Position numbers and translations under genes: made by a program. A model generated the notes under the pieces. The model did no database searches. It had not been told where the DNA came from and worked only from the letters and a program-made list of their open reading frames with translations. Source: a virus (taxonomy: Duplodnaviria; Caudoviricetes). From it: 25,495 nucleotides of DNA. This document shows, in pieces, positions 7,003 to 14,760 of the stretch. Each line of letters starts with the position of its first letter. Position 1 is the stretch's first letter. The stretch lies in IMG/VR virus record IMGVR_UViG_3300037420_001448, positions 1-25,495 of that record; one strand, given 5' to 3'.

Positions 7003-7583
7003 TGAGTGACCTCCGGCCGCGTGAGGTCGTTGAATCGCTCGTCGGCGAGGATCGCGCTCTTCATGGCCCAGACAGCGCCGCCAACATCGCGATTGTCCGG
7101 CCAAGGCACTTGCAGGAAGACGGACGAAGGCCGCGCCGGCGTATCTCCCGTCGGAAAGCTCGTGATTGCGTGGAAGGCCCTGGCGACGTCGAAATGGATG
7201 GCGCGGCCGGGCCAGAGCTCAACCGCCCCGAAACCCATCGTCGGGACTTGGGATTCCTCCGGCTTGTAGATACAACCCGCCTCGCGCTGCCCAGCGGGCG
7301 CGAACAGTAAAACTGGACGCTCCTCCGCTTCGAGCACGAACGTGAACATCGTCGAGCATGACTCGGCAGCGTTCGGCGGCTCGATATGCACGGGTACGGA
7401 ACCGCAGCAGACGCACATGAAAAGCGGAACGGTCCCATCCGCGGCCTTCAGGGCCGTGCGAGCGAGTGGATATGCTTCGCTCGTCGGCGGACAAATCTCC
7501 CGGATCCTGTCACAGAAGGCCGCGACGTCGCCGATCTCTACTGCCGGGCTGAAATAGCCAATGCTCAGACCGACCGGGCTCAT
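6999..7583 (-). CDS. Putative 2-oxoglutarate/Fe(II) dioxygenase-like (DSBH) protein
   Basis: VPVHIE (HxE), FTFVL, ELWPGRAIHFD..AFHAI (distal His), then RPS (RxS); ATGA-coupled on both sides. Confidence 0.5.
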   Translation of the reverse strand: MSPVGLSIGYFSPAVEIGDVAAFCDRIREICPPTSEAYPLARTALKAADGTVPLFMCVCCGSVPVHIEPPNAAESCSTMFTFVLEAEERPVLLFAPAGQREAGCIYKPEESQVPTMGFGAVELWPGRAIHFDVARAFHAITSFPTGDTPARPSSVFLQVPWPDNRDVGGAVWAMKSAILADERFNDLTRPEVTQ

Positions 7584-7924
7584 CGCGGCACCAGAGTCTT
7601 GAAGGCACGGTCGTGCGGAGCGCCCTTATCGAACGCGACGAGCTCCACGACGTCGCCGAGCGCGACGATCTCAACGTCGGCGCCCCACATCGTCTCCGGC
7701 CGTTCGTACGCTTCATTCGAGAAATCTGGATTCCGCGCACGTAAGACGTCACGCATGTTAACGACCCCGAGCCGCCACTTGTGCGGCTCGAGGTTCGTCC
7801 TCGTGGCATGCGCGAAGAGCTCAGCCATGACGCGGCCGGTCCAGGTAGGATCTCGAGCGTCCATAATGAACATTGCCGCGCCTCCACGTACGTCGAGGCA
7901 ATTCTGACGTACGTCTTCAGTCAT
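7580..7924 (-). CDS. Hypothetical protein
   Basis: Start and stop overlap neighbours in a tightly packed operon. Confidence 0.6.
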   Translation of the reverse strand: MTEDVRQNCLDVRGGAAMFIMDARDPTWTGRVMAELFAHATRTNLEPHKWRLGVVNMRDVLRARNPDFSNEAYERPETMWGADVEIVALGDVVELVAFDKGAPHDRAFKTLVPR

Positions 7925-8123
7925 TGGTAGTGCGCGCCAGGCCGAAGCGAAGATCGATGTGCGAAAGGGTTGCCCAGATGAAGAGCGAGACCACCAACCA
8001 GATCACAATCGCGATGGCGAACGTAACGAGCGGTGCGTTACTCCCAGCGAGGTACGCCAGGGCGAATGCTCCGTCGTATGCTTTGAAAATGGCAACTGCA
8101 GCCAGGATCTGCCCGAATTTCAT
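7917..8123 (-). CDS. Small membrane protein (2 hydrophobic segments)
   Basis: SD GAAGGAG; LVTFAIAIVIWLVVSLFIWATL. Confidence 0.7.
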   Translation of the reverse strand: MKFGQILAAVAIFKAYDGAFALAYLAGSNAPLVTFAIAIVIWLVVSLFIWATLSHIDLRFGLARTTND

Positions 8124-8145
8124 GCCCGTGCTCCTTCTGATGGTT

Positions 8146-8168
8146 GGCCGACGCCTGTCCCGCCGGCC
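8146..8168 (-). other. GC-rich stem-loop just downstream of hup
   Basis: Minus strand GGCCGGCG-GGACAGG-CGTCGGCC, 8-bp stem with one G-U; no U-tract. Confidence 0.4.
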
Positions 8169-8173
8169 GTCTC

Positions 8174-8428
8174 TTACTTCGATTCCTTGAACGTCAGCAC
8201 GTCACGTGCGGCGATCGTCACTTGCTCGCCGGTCCGCGGATTGCGGCCGACGCGCTGGTTGCGGTGCGTCTGCTTGAACGTGCCAAAACCACGGATCGTG
8301 ACGCGGTCGCCGTTGGAGACCACGCGCTTGATCGCCGTGGTGACGGCGTCGATCGCTCGTTCGGCGGCGGCGTTCGTCCCGAACCCGTCGCCGTAGAGCT
8401 TCACTTCATCAATCAGTTTCTTGCTCAT
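8174..8428 (-). CDS. hup: HU-family histone-like DNA-binding protein
   Basis: GDRVTIRGFGTF...RVGRNPRTGEQVTIAA signature; SD GAGGAGG. Confidence 0.95.
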   Translation of the reverse strand: MSKKLIDEVKLYGDGFGTNAAAERAIDAVTTAIKRVVSNGDRVTIRGFGTFKQTHRNQRVGRNPRTGEQVTIAARDVLTFKESK

Positions 8429-9428
8429 TGTCTTCCTCCTCTTGGTTTTGTGGTTCTACCTCACCGCCTAGTTTGATGATCGCTGTGTCGAAGCGGCATC
8501 CGAGTTCCTTCAACGCAGCTTCCGGCCAATCGGCGTATTCCTTCAGGTAGTGCTGCTTTCCGCGTTGGAGCCCGACGAGCGCGGAGCCAGGATCGTCGAT
8601 CATGCCCTGTATGGCATCGATCTCCTCCTGGATCTCGTCGGACCAGCCGCGAGTCGACTCGCGTGTTGGCTTGGTCTCTTCCGGGATCGGAGCGGCATGC
8701 CGCTCACGGGATGCCTCGACCGTATCGCCGCCGTAGACCTTCCCCTCCATTTCCTCAGCGGTGTAGTCGCTGCCGATCTCTTCTGGGAATGCGCGGCGGA
8801 GCGCAGCTGCTTCGGCGCATTTCTCGATCATCCCGATAGGCGACTGCCGCCACTTGGCGTTCGGAACGCGCAGTCCCTTTTCGCCGGAGAAGATTTCCTT
8901 GAAATAGACCTTGGGCCCGACGAACGCGACGCGCTGCCCAGCCATGATCTTGTAGACCGTGACCTGGGCCCATTCCGGGAAATCGAAAGGTGCACATTCG
9001 GCTTCGCGGACCTGAGCGTTCTGTCCACGGCCTACTTGTCTGTCCTTGAAACCCTCTTTCAGCGTCGGCCCGAAGACGCATTGGTCATTGCCAGCCCACA
9101 TGCCGGTGCGGCTCGCCGTCGTGCGGTAGTCAGCGATGCCGGGCCAAACTGTCTCAACCTCTCGCCCCAGCGCTGAATTCCACATCGGAACGACGTGCAC
9201 ACAGCGCTTAAAGATATCGAGTTTGCGCGCCTTGCAATAGCGGATCGCCAGCATAACGCCGTCGACGGTCTTGGCCGACGGGAAGACAGCATCGACCAAT
9301 GCCTTCCATTCACCCGGGCTGACGCCTTCGGGCGCCGCCTCCGCCGGCATCGGCAACCGTGGCGGCTGGACGACCAGGTCTTTCCCCGTGTCGTTGTTTC
9401 GTTCGTTCCTGCGAGCTGCCTGCGCCAT
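8409..9428 (-). CDS. bet: Bet/RecT-family single-strand annealing protein
   Basis: YCKARKLDIFKRCVHVVPMW, GIADYRTTASRTG, MIEKCAEAAALRRAFPEEIGSDYTAEEM. Confidence 0.9.
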   Translation of the reverse strand: MAQAARRNERNNDTGKDLVVQPPRLPMPAEAAPEGVSPGEWKALVDAVFPSAKTVDGVMLAIRYCKARKLDIFKRCVHVVPMWNSALGREVETVWPGIADYRTTASRTGMWAGNDQCVFGPTLKEGFKDRQVGRGQNAQVREAECAPFDFPEWAQVTVYKIMAGQRVAFVGPKVYFKEIFSGEKGLRVPNAKWRQSPIGMIEKCAEAAALRRAFPEEIGSDYTAEEMEGKVYGGDTVEASRERHAAPIPEETKPTRESTRGWSDEIQEEIDAIQGMIDDPGSALVGLQRGKQHYLKEYADWPEAALKELGCRFDTAIIKLGGEVEPQNQEEEDNEQETD

Positions 9429-10084
9429 TATGCCTTCACCCTCGATTGAGCGCCCCGATGGGCGGTGATTCCCTCGATCTCGTCGCCCTTCCTCGCGTCC
9501 GGCGTCATTTCGGTAATGAGCGCTTTCCTGACGGATGGCCGGTTGAGGTAGCGGAGCGGGATCTTCGTCACGTCGTCGATGACGATGTGCACGACGTCCG
9601 TCAGATGCGCGCTGGCGCCCTCCACGGAGCGAACGCGAGCACGCCGGCGGTCGGTTTCCCTATGCGGAACGAATGACGGTTCCGGATCCTCTTCCTCCCG
9701 CCGGCGCTCAGCGGCACGCTGATCTTCAATCATCTTCTGCTTCCGGACCTGATAGGCCGTCAGCGCGTCTTCGAGTTTGCGTTTCGCCGCCCGGATCGGG
9801 TCGCGTAGCGCGTTTGTGATGTTGTCGACTGTCCTTCCCGCAGCAAGGTACGGATCCTTGACGTCGTCGTGCGCTTGATCGACCCGCTTCAGCAGCGCCT
9901 GGATATGCGCGACGACCGTCGTGAAATCTTCAGCCTGGGTTTCGGTAGTGACGTCGGCAGGCGCGTTCTCGATCGCTTTTTCGATTTGTGCCCATCGCTC
10001 GCGGCAGCCCTCGAGCGCCGTTTGGAGCTCGAGCCGTGCCCGCTCGTCGAGCGACAGGCCAGCGAAGTTGTGATCGTGATTCAT
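9428..10084 (-). CDS. Coiled-coil phage protein of the recombination module
   Basis: ATG10084 (ATGA overlap); VKDPYLAAGRTVD, IDDVTKIPLRYL, IEGI; stop/start overlap TAATG with bet. Confidence 0.7.
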   Translation of the reverse strand: MNHDHNFAGLSLDERARLELQTALEGCRERWAQIEKAIENAPADVTTETQAEDFTTVVAHIQALLKRVDQAHDDVKDPYLAAGRTVDNITNALRDPIRAAKRKLEDALTAYQVRKQKMIEDQRAAERRREEEDPEPSFVPHRETDRRRARVRSVEGASAHLTDVVHIVIDDVTKIPLRYLNRPSVRKALITEMTPDARKGDEIEGITAHRGAQSRVKA

Positions 10085-10320
10085 GTGGCCTTGCCCGTCT
10101 GAACGAAGTCGACCATTTCCTCGCAGCGGACCGCGATGTGCGCGTTCTTGTCCGCCTTCTCGGTGCCTTCCGGCGTGCCCTTCTCTCGGTGCAGCGCTTC
10201 GTACTGGCGGAAAACACGGCCGAGTTGGCGAATTAACTCGAGCATCTGAGGCGCCAGGTGCTGCATCCGCGCCTGCCGCTCGGCTTCGCGGGTTGTCTTC
10301 ACGCGATAGCTGTTGAGCAT
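10081..10320 (-). CDS. Hypothetical protein (79 aa)
   Basis: ATG10320 overlaps the upstream stop (TGATG); LAPQMLELIRQL...HREKGTPEG. Confidence 0.65.
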   Translation of the reverse strand: MLNSYRVKTTREAERQARMQHLAPQMLELIRQLGRVFRQYEALHREKGTPEGTEKADKNAHIAVRCEEMVDFVQTGKAT

Positions 10321-11441
10321 CAGGCGGCAACCTCCGGATATTCGTTCCACTCACGGCCATCGATCTCGCGGCCGGCAATTTTCTTACCGACGCGGTTGAT
10401 TTGAATCGGCTGTATGCCCGGCGTGCCGTAAACCTTGTGCCCGTTAGACCATGCACCGAAGACGGTCTGTTTTCCGTTGCCCGTACGGTTGGATTCAATC
10501 GTCGTTCGGCTAACCGCCTCGCGCTGTTCTTTTGTCCTGCACTGCGTGAAGGGTAGCCAGTCACCCCATTGTTTGAAATGGAATGCGACACCCGCCTGGA
10601 CGCACTGGTCGCGTAACGAGATCGCCCAGGCGGGGTGCATCGGCCGCGAGTTGGGGCCGGACTCGCCTCCGACAACGACCCAATCGACGAGCGGAAGGCC
10701 TTCGAAACCGGCAATGCCCGTGAAATCACATTTAGCGCAGCATTCCCGAAGCCCCGTCGTCATATCCATCGGTATGTCGTCGGACCAATTCGGGCAGACA
10801 AACCATTCGTCGAGGTCGACCGGCCCCAGCAGTGGTTCGCAGGATAACCAGCGCACCGCCGCCGGCGTTTCGAGCAGCAGCGGAATTCGTTCATCCGCAC
10901 GCCTCTGGTCTTCGACGCTCGTCCCGAGCCAGACATTCCGCGGCGGCCAGTGAATGTCGACCTGGTCGGCCGGCGTGTCCTGCTTTCCGCCGTGGTGCAT
11001 CGCATTAGCGAAGCGCGCAGCGGTCACATGCTCAGGTTCGTCCAGAACCTCACGCATGTAGTCGCGCATCCGCTCGGTCCGCTTGGTGAGGATCTGGAAC
11101 GTGTGCCTCGGGTTGAGCAGCGCGACCATGAAGACATAGTCGATCCATTCCTCCGGCACCTTTTCGTGGAAGAGGTCGCCATGCGCGCAGACGAAGATCC
11201 GGCGAGGGGTCTCCCACTGGAAAGGCTCGAGCGCCACGCGCCGGTTGAACAGAACCTCGCCGGTCCAGACCGGGTTGCCGTTGACGGTCTTGGTCAGACC
11301 CTCGCGGCTCGGGCTGTTGCGGAGCCGCGTGCCCGCCAGGCGCATCGCATAGCAGTTGGTGCACCCAGGGCTTAGGACCGTGCATCCGTTGATGACGTTC
11401 CACGTTGCGTCGGTCCATTCGATGTGCGTGCCGTCAGCCAT
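10320..11441 (-). CDS. Phage Gp37/Gp68 (DUF5131) family protein
   Basis: TxIEWTDATWN, GCTVLSPGCTNCYA, GDLFHE, HTFQILTKR, NVWLGTSVEDQ, LSCEPLLGP, WVVVGGESG, FHFKQWG. Confidence 0.92.
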   Translation of the reverse strand: MADGTHIEWTDATWNVINGCTVLSPGCTNCYAMRLAGTRLRNSPSREGLTKTVNGNPVWTGEVLFNRRVALEPFQWETPRRIFVCAHGDLFHEKVPEEWIDYVFMVALLNPRHTFQILTKRTERMRDYMREVLDEPEHVTAARFANAMHHGGKQDTPADQVDIHWPPRNVWLGTSVEDQRRADERIPLLLETPAAVRWLSCEPLLGPVDLDEWFVCPNWSDDIPMDMTTGLRECCAKCDFTGIAGFEGLPLVDWVVVGGESGPNSRPMHPAWAISLRDQCVQAGVAFHFKQWGDWLPFTQCRTKEQREAVSRTTIESNRTGNGKQTVFGAWSNGHKVYGTPGIQPIQINRVGKKIAGREIDGREWNEYPEVAA

Positions 11442-11670
11442 TGGCTTCGTCCCTGCCGAGCAGCTTCCTCAGCTCCCGCAGCTCTTCCTCCTCGTGCGGA
11501 ACGAGCCCGAAAGTTTCGGCGTCGGATTCCAGAGCTTCGATCCGGCCCTCAGCCTTCGCTCGCCAGTACCAGGCGTCGATGGGATGCTGCAGCCCGATCT
11601 CGATATCGGAGACTCGCGCCTTGCTACGCTCGGCATCCCACAGATTGAGAGGATGGACCGCTTCAGCCAC
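11434..11670 (-). CDS. Hypothetical protein (78 aa)
   Basis: GTG11670 overlaps the stop of the upstream gene; C-terminal acidic/basic helix. Confidence 0.55.
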   Translation of the reverse strand: MAEAVHPLNLWDAERSKARVSDIEIGLQHPIDAWYWRAKAEGRIEALESDAETFGLVPHEEEELRELRKLLGRDEANG

Positions 11671-11968
11671 GGACGGCGCGCTCGTTGCCGGCGTCTTCCA
11701 TGTAGGAGTCCGCCCAGCCCATGCGCTTCGCGCGAGACCAATCGCTTTGGAAATAGACGCCGCGCTGATGTGCCTTGTATCCACGTACGTATTCGCGACG
11801 TGCGACGAAGATCCACGCCGCGACGAGCGCGACGACGACCGACGCGAGCCATAGCTCGTGAACCAGACTGAGCCGCAGGACCGCGCTTACCGCGGCGATG
11901 ACCAGGAGCGCCGCCAGCAGCGTCATGACCGAGAAGAAAAAGCGCTGCCCGAAATTCTTGTTCAACAT
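11663..11968 (-). CDS. Two-TM membrane protein with C-terminal Rmf-like motif
   Basis: ATG11968 after GGGGA; two hydrophobic helices then EYVRGYKAHQRG...RMGWAD. Confidence 0.6.
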   Translation of the reverse strand: MLNKNFGQRFFFSVMTLLAALLVIAAVSAVLRLSLVHELWLASVVVALVAAWIFVARREYVRGYKAHQRGVYFQSDWSRAKRMGWADSYMEDAGNERAVRG

Positions 11969-11984
11969 GAAACTTTCCCCTGCC

Positions 11985-12323
11985 TTATCCCAGACGCGGG
12001 ACGCTTGAATCGTCCCAATCGGTTTTCCTTCGGGGAGTCGCCTTCGGGTCGTACGCATCGTTGCGTCGTGCCCAGCGGGACCTTTCGACGAGGAAGGTAT
12101 ATTCCTTCTCATCGATCGGATCGCTCAGACACACCGGCCAAACACGGTCGAGCTCGATGAGCTCGCCATCAGCCTCCGCCTGCCAGCGCCAGACACGATC
12201 CATGACGTCACGTGTCCAAGGCTCGAGCGGTGGGCCATGCCAGATCCGAATTCCGACGAGGGGACCGCCGCGGACCAGCCGCATTCGATAGTACCCCTCG
12301 GTCGGTTCATCAGCCTTCAGCAT
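11985..12323 (-). CDS. Hypothetical phage protein, first gene of the leftward operon (not a repressor)
   Basis: PTEGYYRMRLVRGGPLVGIRIW...WP...PIDEKEY; no HTH; start could alternatively be 12374. Confidence 0.7.
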   Translation of the reverse strand: MLKADEPTEGYYRMRLVRGGPLVGIRIWHGPPLEPWTRDVMDRVWRWQAEADGELIELDRVWPVCLSDPIDEKEYTFLVERSRWARRNDAYDPKATPRRKTDWDDSSVPRLG

Positions 12324-12513
12324 GTGCCCGTGCGTTAAGCGACGAATCGCCGATGCCCCATTGGGTAAAGCCATTATCCATTGGGGCGCAATACCACGTC
12401 GAAAAAAAAACGTGCACGTCACGTGCCAGCGTCTAGTCGCCGACGTTAGGCGCCGCGAAAAAACGTGAGTCGTAACGTTGACGAACGTCGTTTTTTTAAC
12501 CTAGCCATAGGAA
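12324..12513. promoter_or_regulatory. Divergent early control region
   Basis: Strand switch; dyad GCCCCATTGG-N13-CCATTGGGGC (12355-12387); A/T tracts; TTGACG at 12478-12483; 8 ACGT in 12396-12488. Confidence 0.75.
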
Positions 12514-12765
12514 ATGACAGGTGGACGGGCAGCGCCGAACCAGGCGCGACACATCATCAATTTGCTAGGCGGCAGGAAGCCGGCGGAGCGCGTTTTGGGT
12601 TGGCCGAGAACGAAGGTCGACTCGGCGATTCGCGCCGGTTTCATCCGCTGCCAGGATCAACGCCACGTGCTCGAGCGGGCATGGGACGCCGGCATTCACA
12701 TCAACCCTGCGGACTTCATCGTTCATCTGGACGGGCTGACCCGGCGAATCACCACGGACGCCTGA
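12514..12765 (+). CDS. Cro-like HTH protein (carph-isopro/YdaS-like)
   Basis: IINLLGG...VLGW.RTKV...GFI...VLERAWDAGIHINPADF pattern; first rightward gene. Confidence 0.65.
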   Translation: MTGGRAAPNQARHIINLLGGRKPAERVLGWPRTKVDSAIRAGFIRCQDQRHVLERAWDAGIHINPADFIVHLDGLTRRITTDA

Positions 12766-12766
12766 C

Positions 12767-13534
12767 GTGCCGAGCCTCCAACTTGAACGGTTCTTCCAGC
12801 TGCGCGCGAACGGCGTCTTCGTCGACGATGCCGCCGAGCAAGCCGGTCTTGGCATCGCGGAAGCGCGACTCTGGGAACGCGAGATCGCCGCCGGGGAAAT
12901 CATCTTGCCCGAACCATCAACGAAGGAGACGACCATGCCAGTTGGAAAGACGAACGAAGAAGAGGAGCTAGAAACCCCTCAGCCGCACATTGCAGCGGAT
13001 ATCGGCAAGATCGCGGAGCTCATCAAAAAGGATGGGCCGATGGACAAGCTGCTCGAGAAGCTAGCGACGGCCCGCGGCGCCCTCGCCCAGAAGTACCAGC
13101 ACATCGAGAACGACCTTCACGGCAACCGCAAGGCGGTGAAGCTCGTCATCACATTGCTTAACGGCACGACGGACGCCGCCTACGATTTCATGCGGACGTT
13201 CATGCGGCTGGCCGCTGTCTTCGATCTCCTGCCGGCTGACGATCTCGTCGACCTGGCGGAGAAGGTAGACCAGGCGAAGCCGAAGGATGAGGATTCCGGC
13301 GTCTCGACGGCCGACATGGCGCCAAAGAGCGCAGAGGTCGTGGATCACCCAAGCCGCGAGAATGCGATCGACCGGCACAAGAAAGCGCTGGCAGGCGGAG
13401 AGAAACCGCCGGCGCCGGACGGTCCGGAAGGAGACACGGATTTCATCGAAGCGGCGGACGCCGTTGCGGCTGAGATCGAGCAACAGCGTTCCGAGGACGC
13501 GCAAGCGTTCGAACAGACGTCCCCGGCCGCCTGA
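12767..13534 (+). CDS. HTH + GapR(DUF2312)-like helical DNA-binding protein with acidic tail
   Basis: N-terminal HTH-like GVFVDDAAEQAGLGIAEARLWE; central helices ARGALAQKYQHIENDLHGNRKAVKLVITL resemble GapR by eye; second in-frame ATG12935 with SD AAGGAG. Confidence 0.5.
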   Translation: MPSLQLERFFQLRANGVFVDDAAEQAGLGIAEARLWEREIAAGEIILPEPSTKETTMPVGKTNEEEELETPQPHIAADIGKIAELIKKDGPMDKLLEKLATARGALAQKYQHIENDLHGNRKAVKLVITLLNGTTDAAYDFMRTFMRLAAVFDLLPADDLVDLAEKVDQAKPKDEDSGVSTADMAPKSAEVVDHPSRENAIDRHKKALAGGEKPPAPDGPEGDTDFIEAADAVAAEIEQQRSEDAQAFEQTSPAA

Positions 13535-14124
13535 TGGGATCGGTGGCAGTCTATGATTTGTCGCGGAATGCGGGCTGGGCGGTATGGACGCCGAAGCTCG
13601 ATCGTCCGCGATCGGGCATTCTCAGGCTGCCACCACCCCGAACGAACGGGAGCGTCGGCCCGGCGCTGAAGCTCCTCTTCGAGCATATTGGCTGGATCGA
13701 CCGCAATTACGGTCCGATCGCTCACTTGGGCTCTGAAACATTCATTTCAGCAACCGGCGGCCGAAAGGACGACCAGACGTCGTTCGTGACGTCGCCGAAA
13801 ACGCAAAAACTTCTCATCGGCATGGCTGGAGTCGCGGAGCTCGCCGCCGAGATCCTGAAGGAAGGCGGCCGCGCCGACTGCGAGCCTCATTCGATCCACA
13901 ACATGTCCTGGCGCCGGTTCTGGTTGGGGAAGCAACCCCGCGGGACGAAACGCGAGCAATGGAAAGCGCTCAGCGTTCAGAAGGCAACGCGGCTGGGTTG
14001 GGACCCGAAAGGCGACGACGAAGCCGACGGCATCGGGCAGCTCCACTACCTTCTCAGCAAGCTTCGCATCATCCCTCAGTGGCAGTCTGAGGTCGACCGC
14101 GTCGACGGGTTGCTCGGGCTATGA
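13534..14124 (+). CDS. RuvC-like Holliday junction resolvase/nuclease
   Basis: VYDLSRNAGWA (Asp), GSET (Glu), DDEADGIG acidic motif. Confidence 0.7.
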   Translation: MGSVAVYDLSRNAGWAVWTPKLDRPRSGILRLPPPRTNGSVGPALKLLFEHIGWIDRNYGPIAHLGSETFISATGGRKDDQTSFVTSPKTQKLLIGMAGVAELAAEILKEGGRADCEPHSIHNMSWRRFWLGKQPRGTKREQWKALSVQKATRLGWDPKGDDEADGIGQLHYLLSKLRIIPQWQSEVDRVDGLLGL

Positions 14125-14759
14125 ACGCGCCACCACCGCTCCATCCCGCCCTGGAAGACACGCTGCCCAAAACAAACGGAGGATTTAAAGCGATCGTTGC
14201 CGACCCCCCTTGGTCGTTCAGATCTTATGCGCCGGCGCGTAATCTCACCAGTTCGCGCGCGATCGAGTGTCACTATCGAACGATGCGGTTGGACGAGATC
14301 ACGGCCCTTCCCGTGAAGAGCATCGCAGCTCCCGACGCGCACTTGTTCCTTTGGGCTACAGGTCCGCAGCTACCAGCCGCGTTCGAAGTCATCCGGGCGT
14401 GGGGGTTTCGATACTCAGGGATGGCTTTCACATGGGTGAAGCTTCGTCGCTCCTATGATTCTCGCCAGCTGCGGCTCGTTGCGACCGCCGAGCACGACTT
14501 GCATGTGGGACTAGGTTTCACGACGCGGAAGAACGCGGAGTTTTGTCTGCTTGCCCGAAGGGGCAACGCGAAGCGAATCGCGAAAAATGTTCGCGAAATC
14601 ATCCTGTCCCCGGTCCGTGAGCACAGTCGAAAGCCAGACGAGGCTTATGAGCGCGTCCGTAACTACTGCGAGGGGCCGTACCTCGATCTCTTCAGCCGTG
14701 AGGACCGCGAAGGCTGGACCACGTGGGGCAACGAAACCGGCAAACTGAACGGGACCTAA
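14121..14759 (+). CDS. MT-A70 family adenine methyltransferase
   Basis: IVADPPW, HLFLWAT, AWGFRY..FTWVK, TRKNAEFCL, REHSRKP, DLFSR, GWTTWGNE. Confidence 0.92.
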   Translation: MNAPPPLHPALEDTLPKTNGGFKAIVADPPWSFRSYAPARNLTSSRAIECHYRTMRLDEITALPVKSIAAPDAHLFLWATGPQLPAAFEVIRAWGFRYSGMAFTWVKLRRSYDSRQLRLVATAEHDLHVGLGFTTRKNAEFCLLARRGNAKRIAKNVREIILSPVREHSRKPDEAYERVRNYCEGPYLDLFSREDREGWTTWGNETGKLNGT

Positions 14760-14760
14760 G

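Noticed and set aside
12496-12510. CtrA box near cro (also 2563-2577)
   Set aside because: Only a TTAA half-site; the second half does not match TTAA-N7-TTAA.
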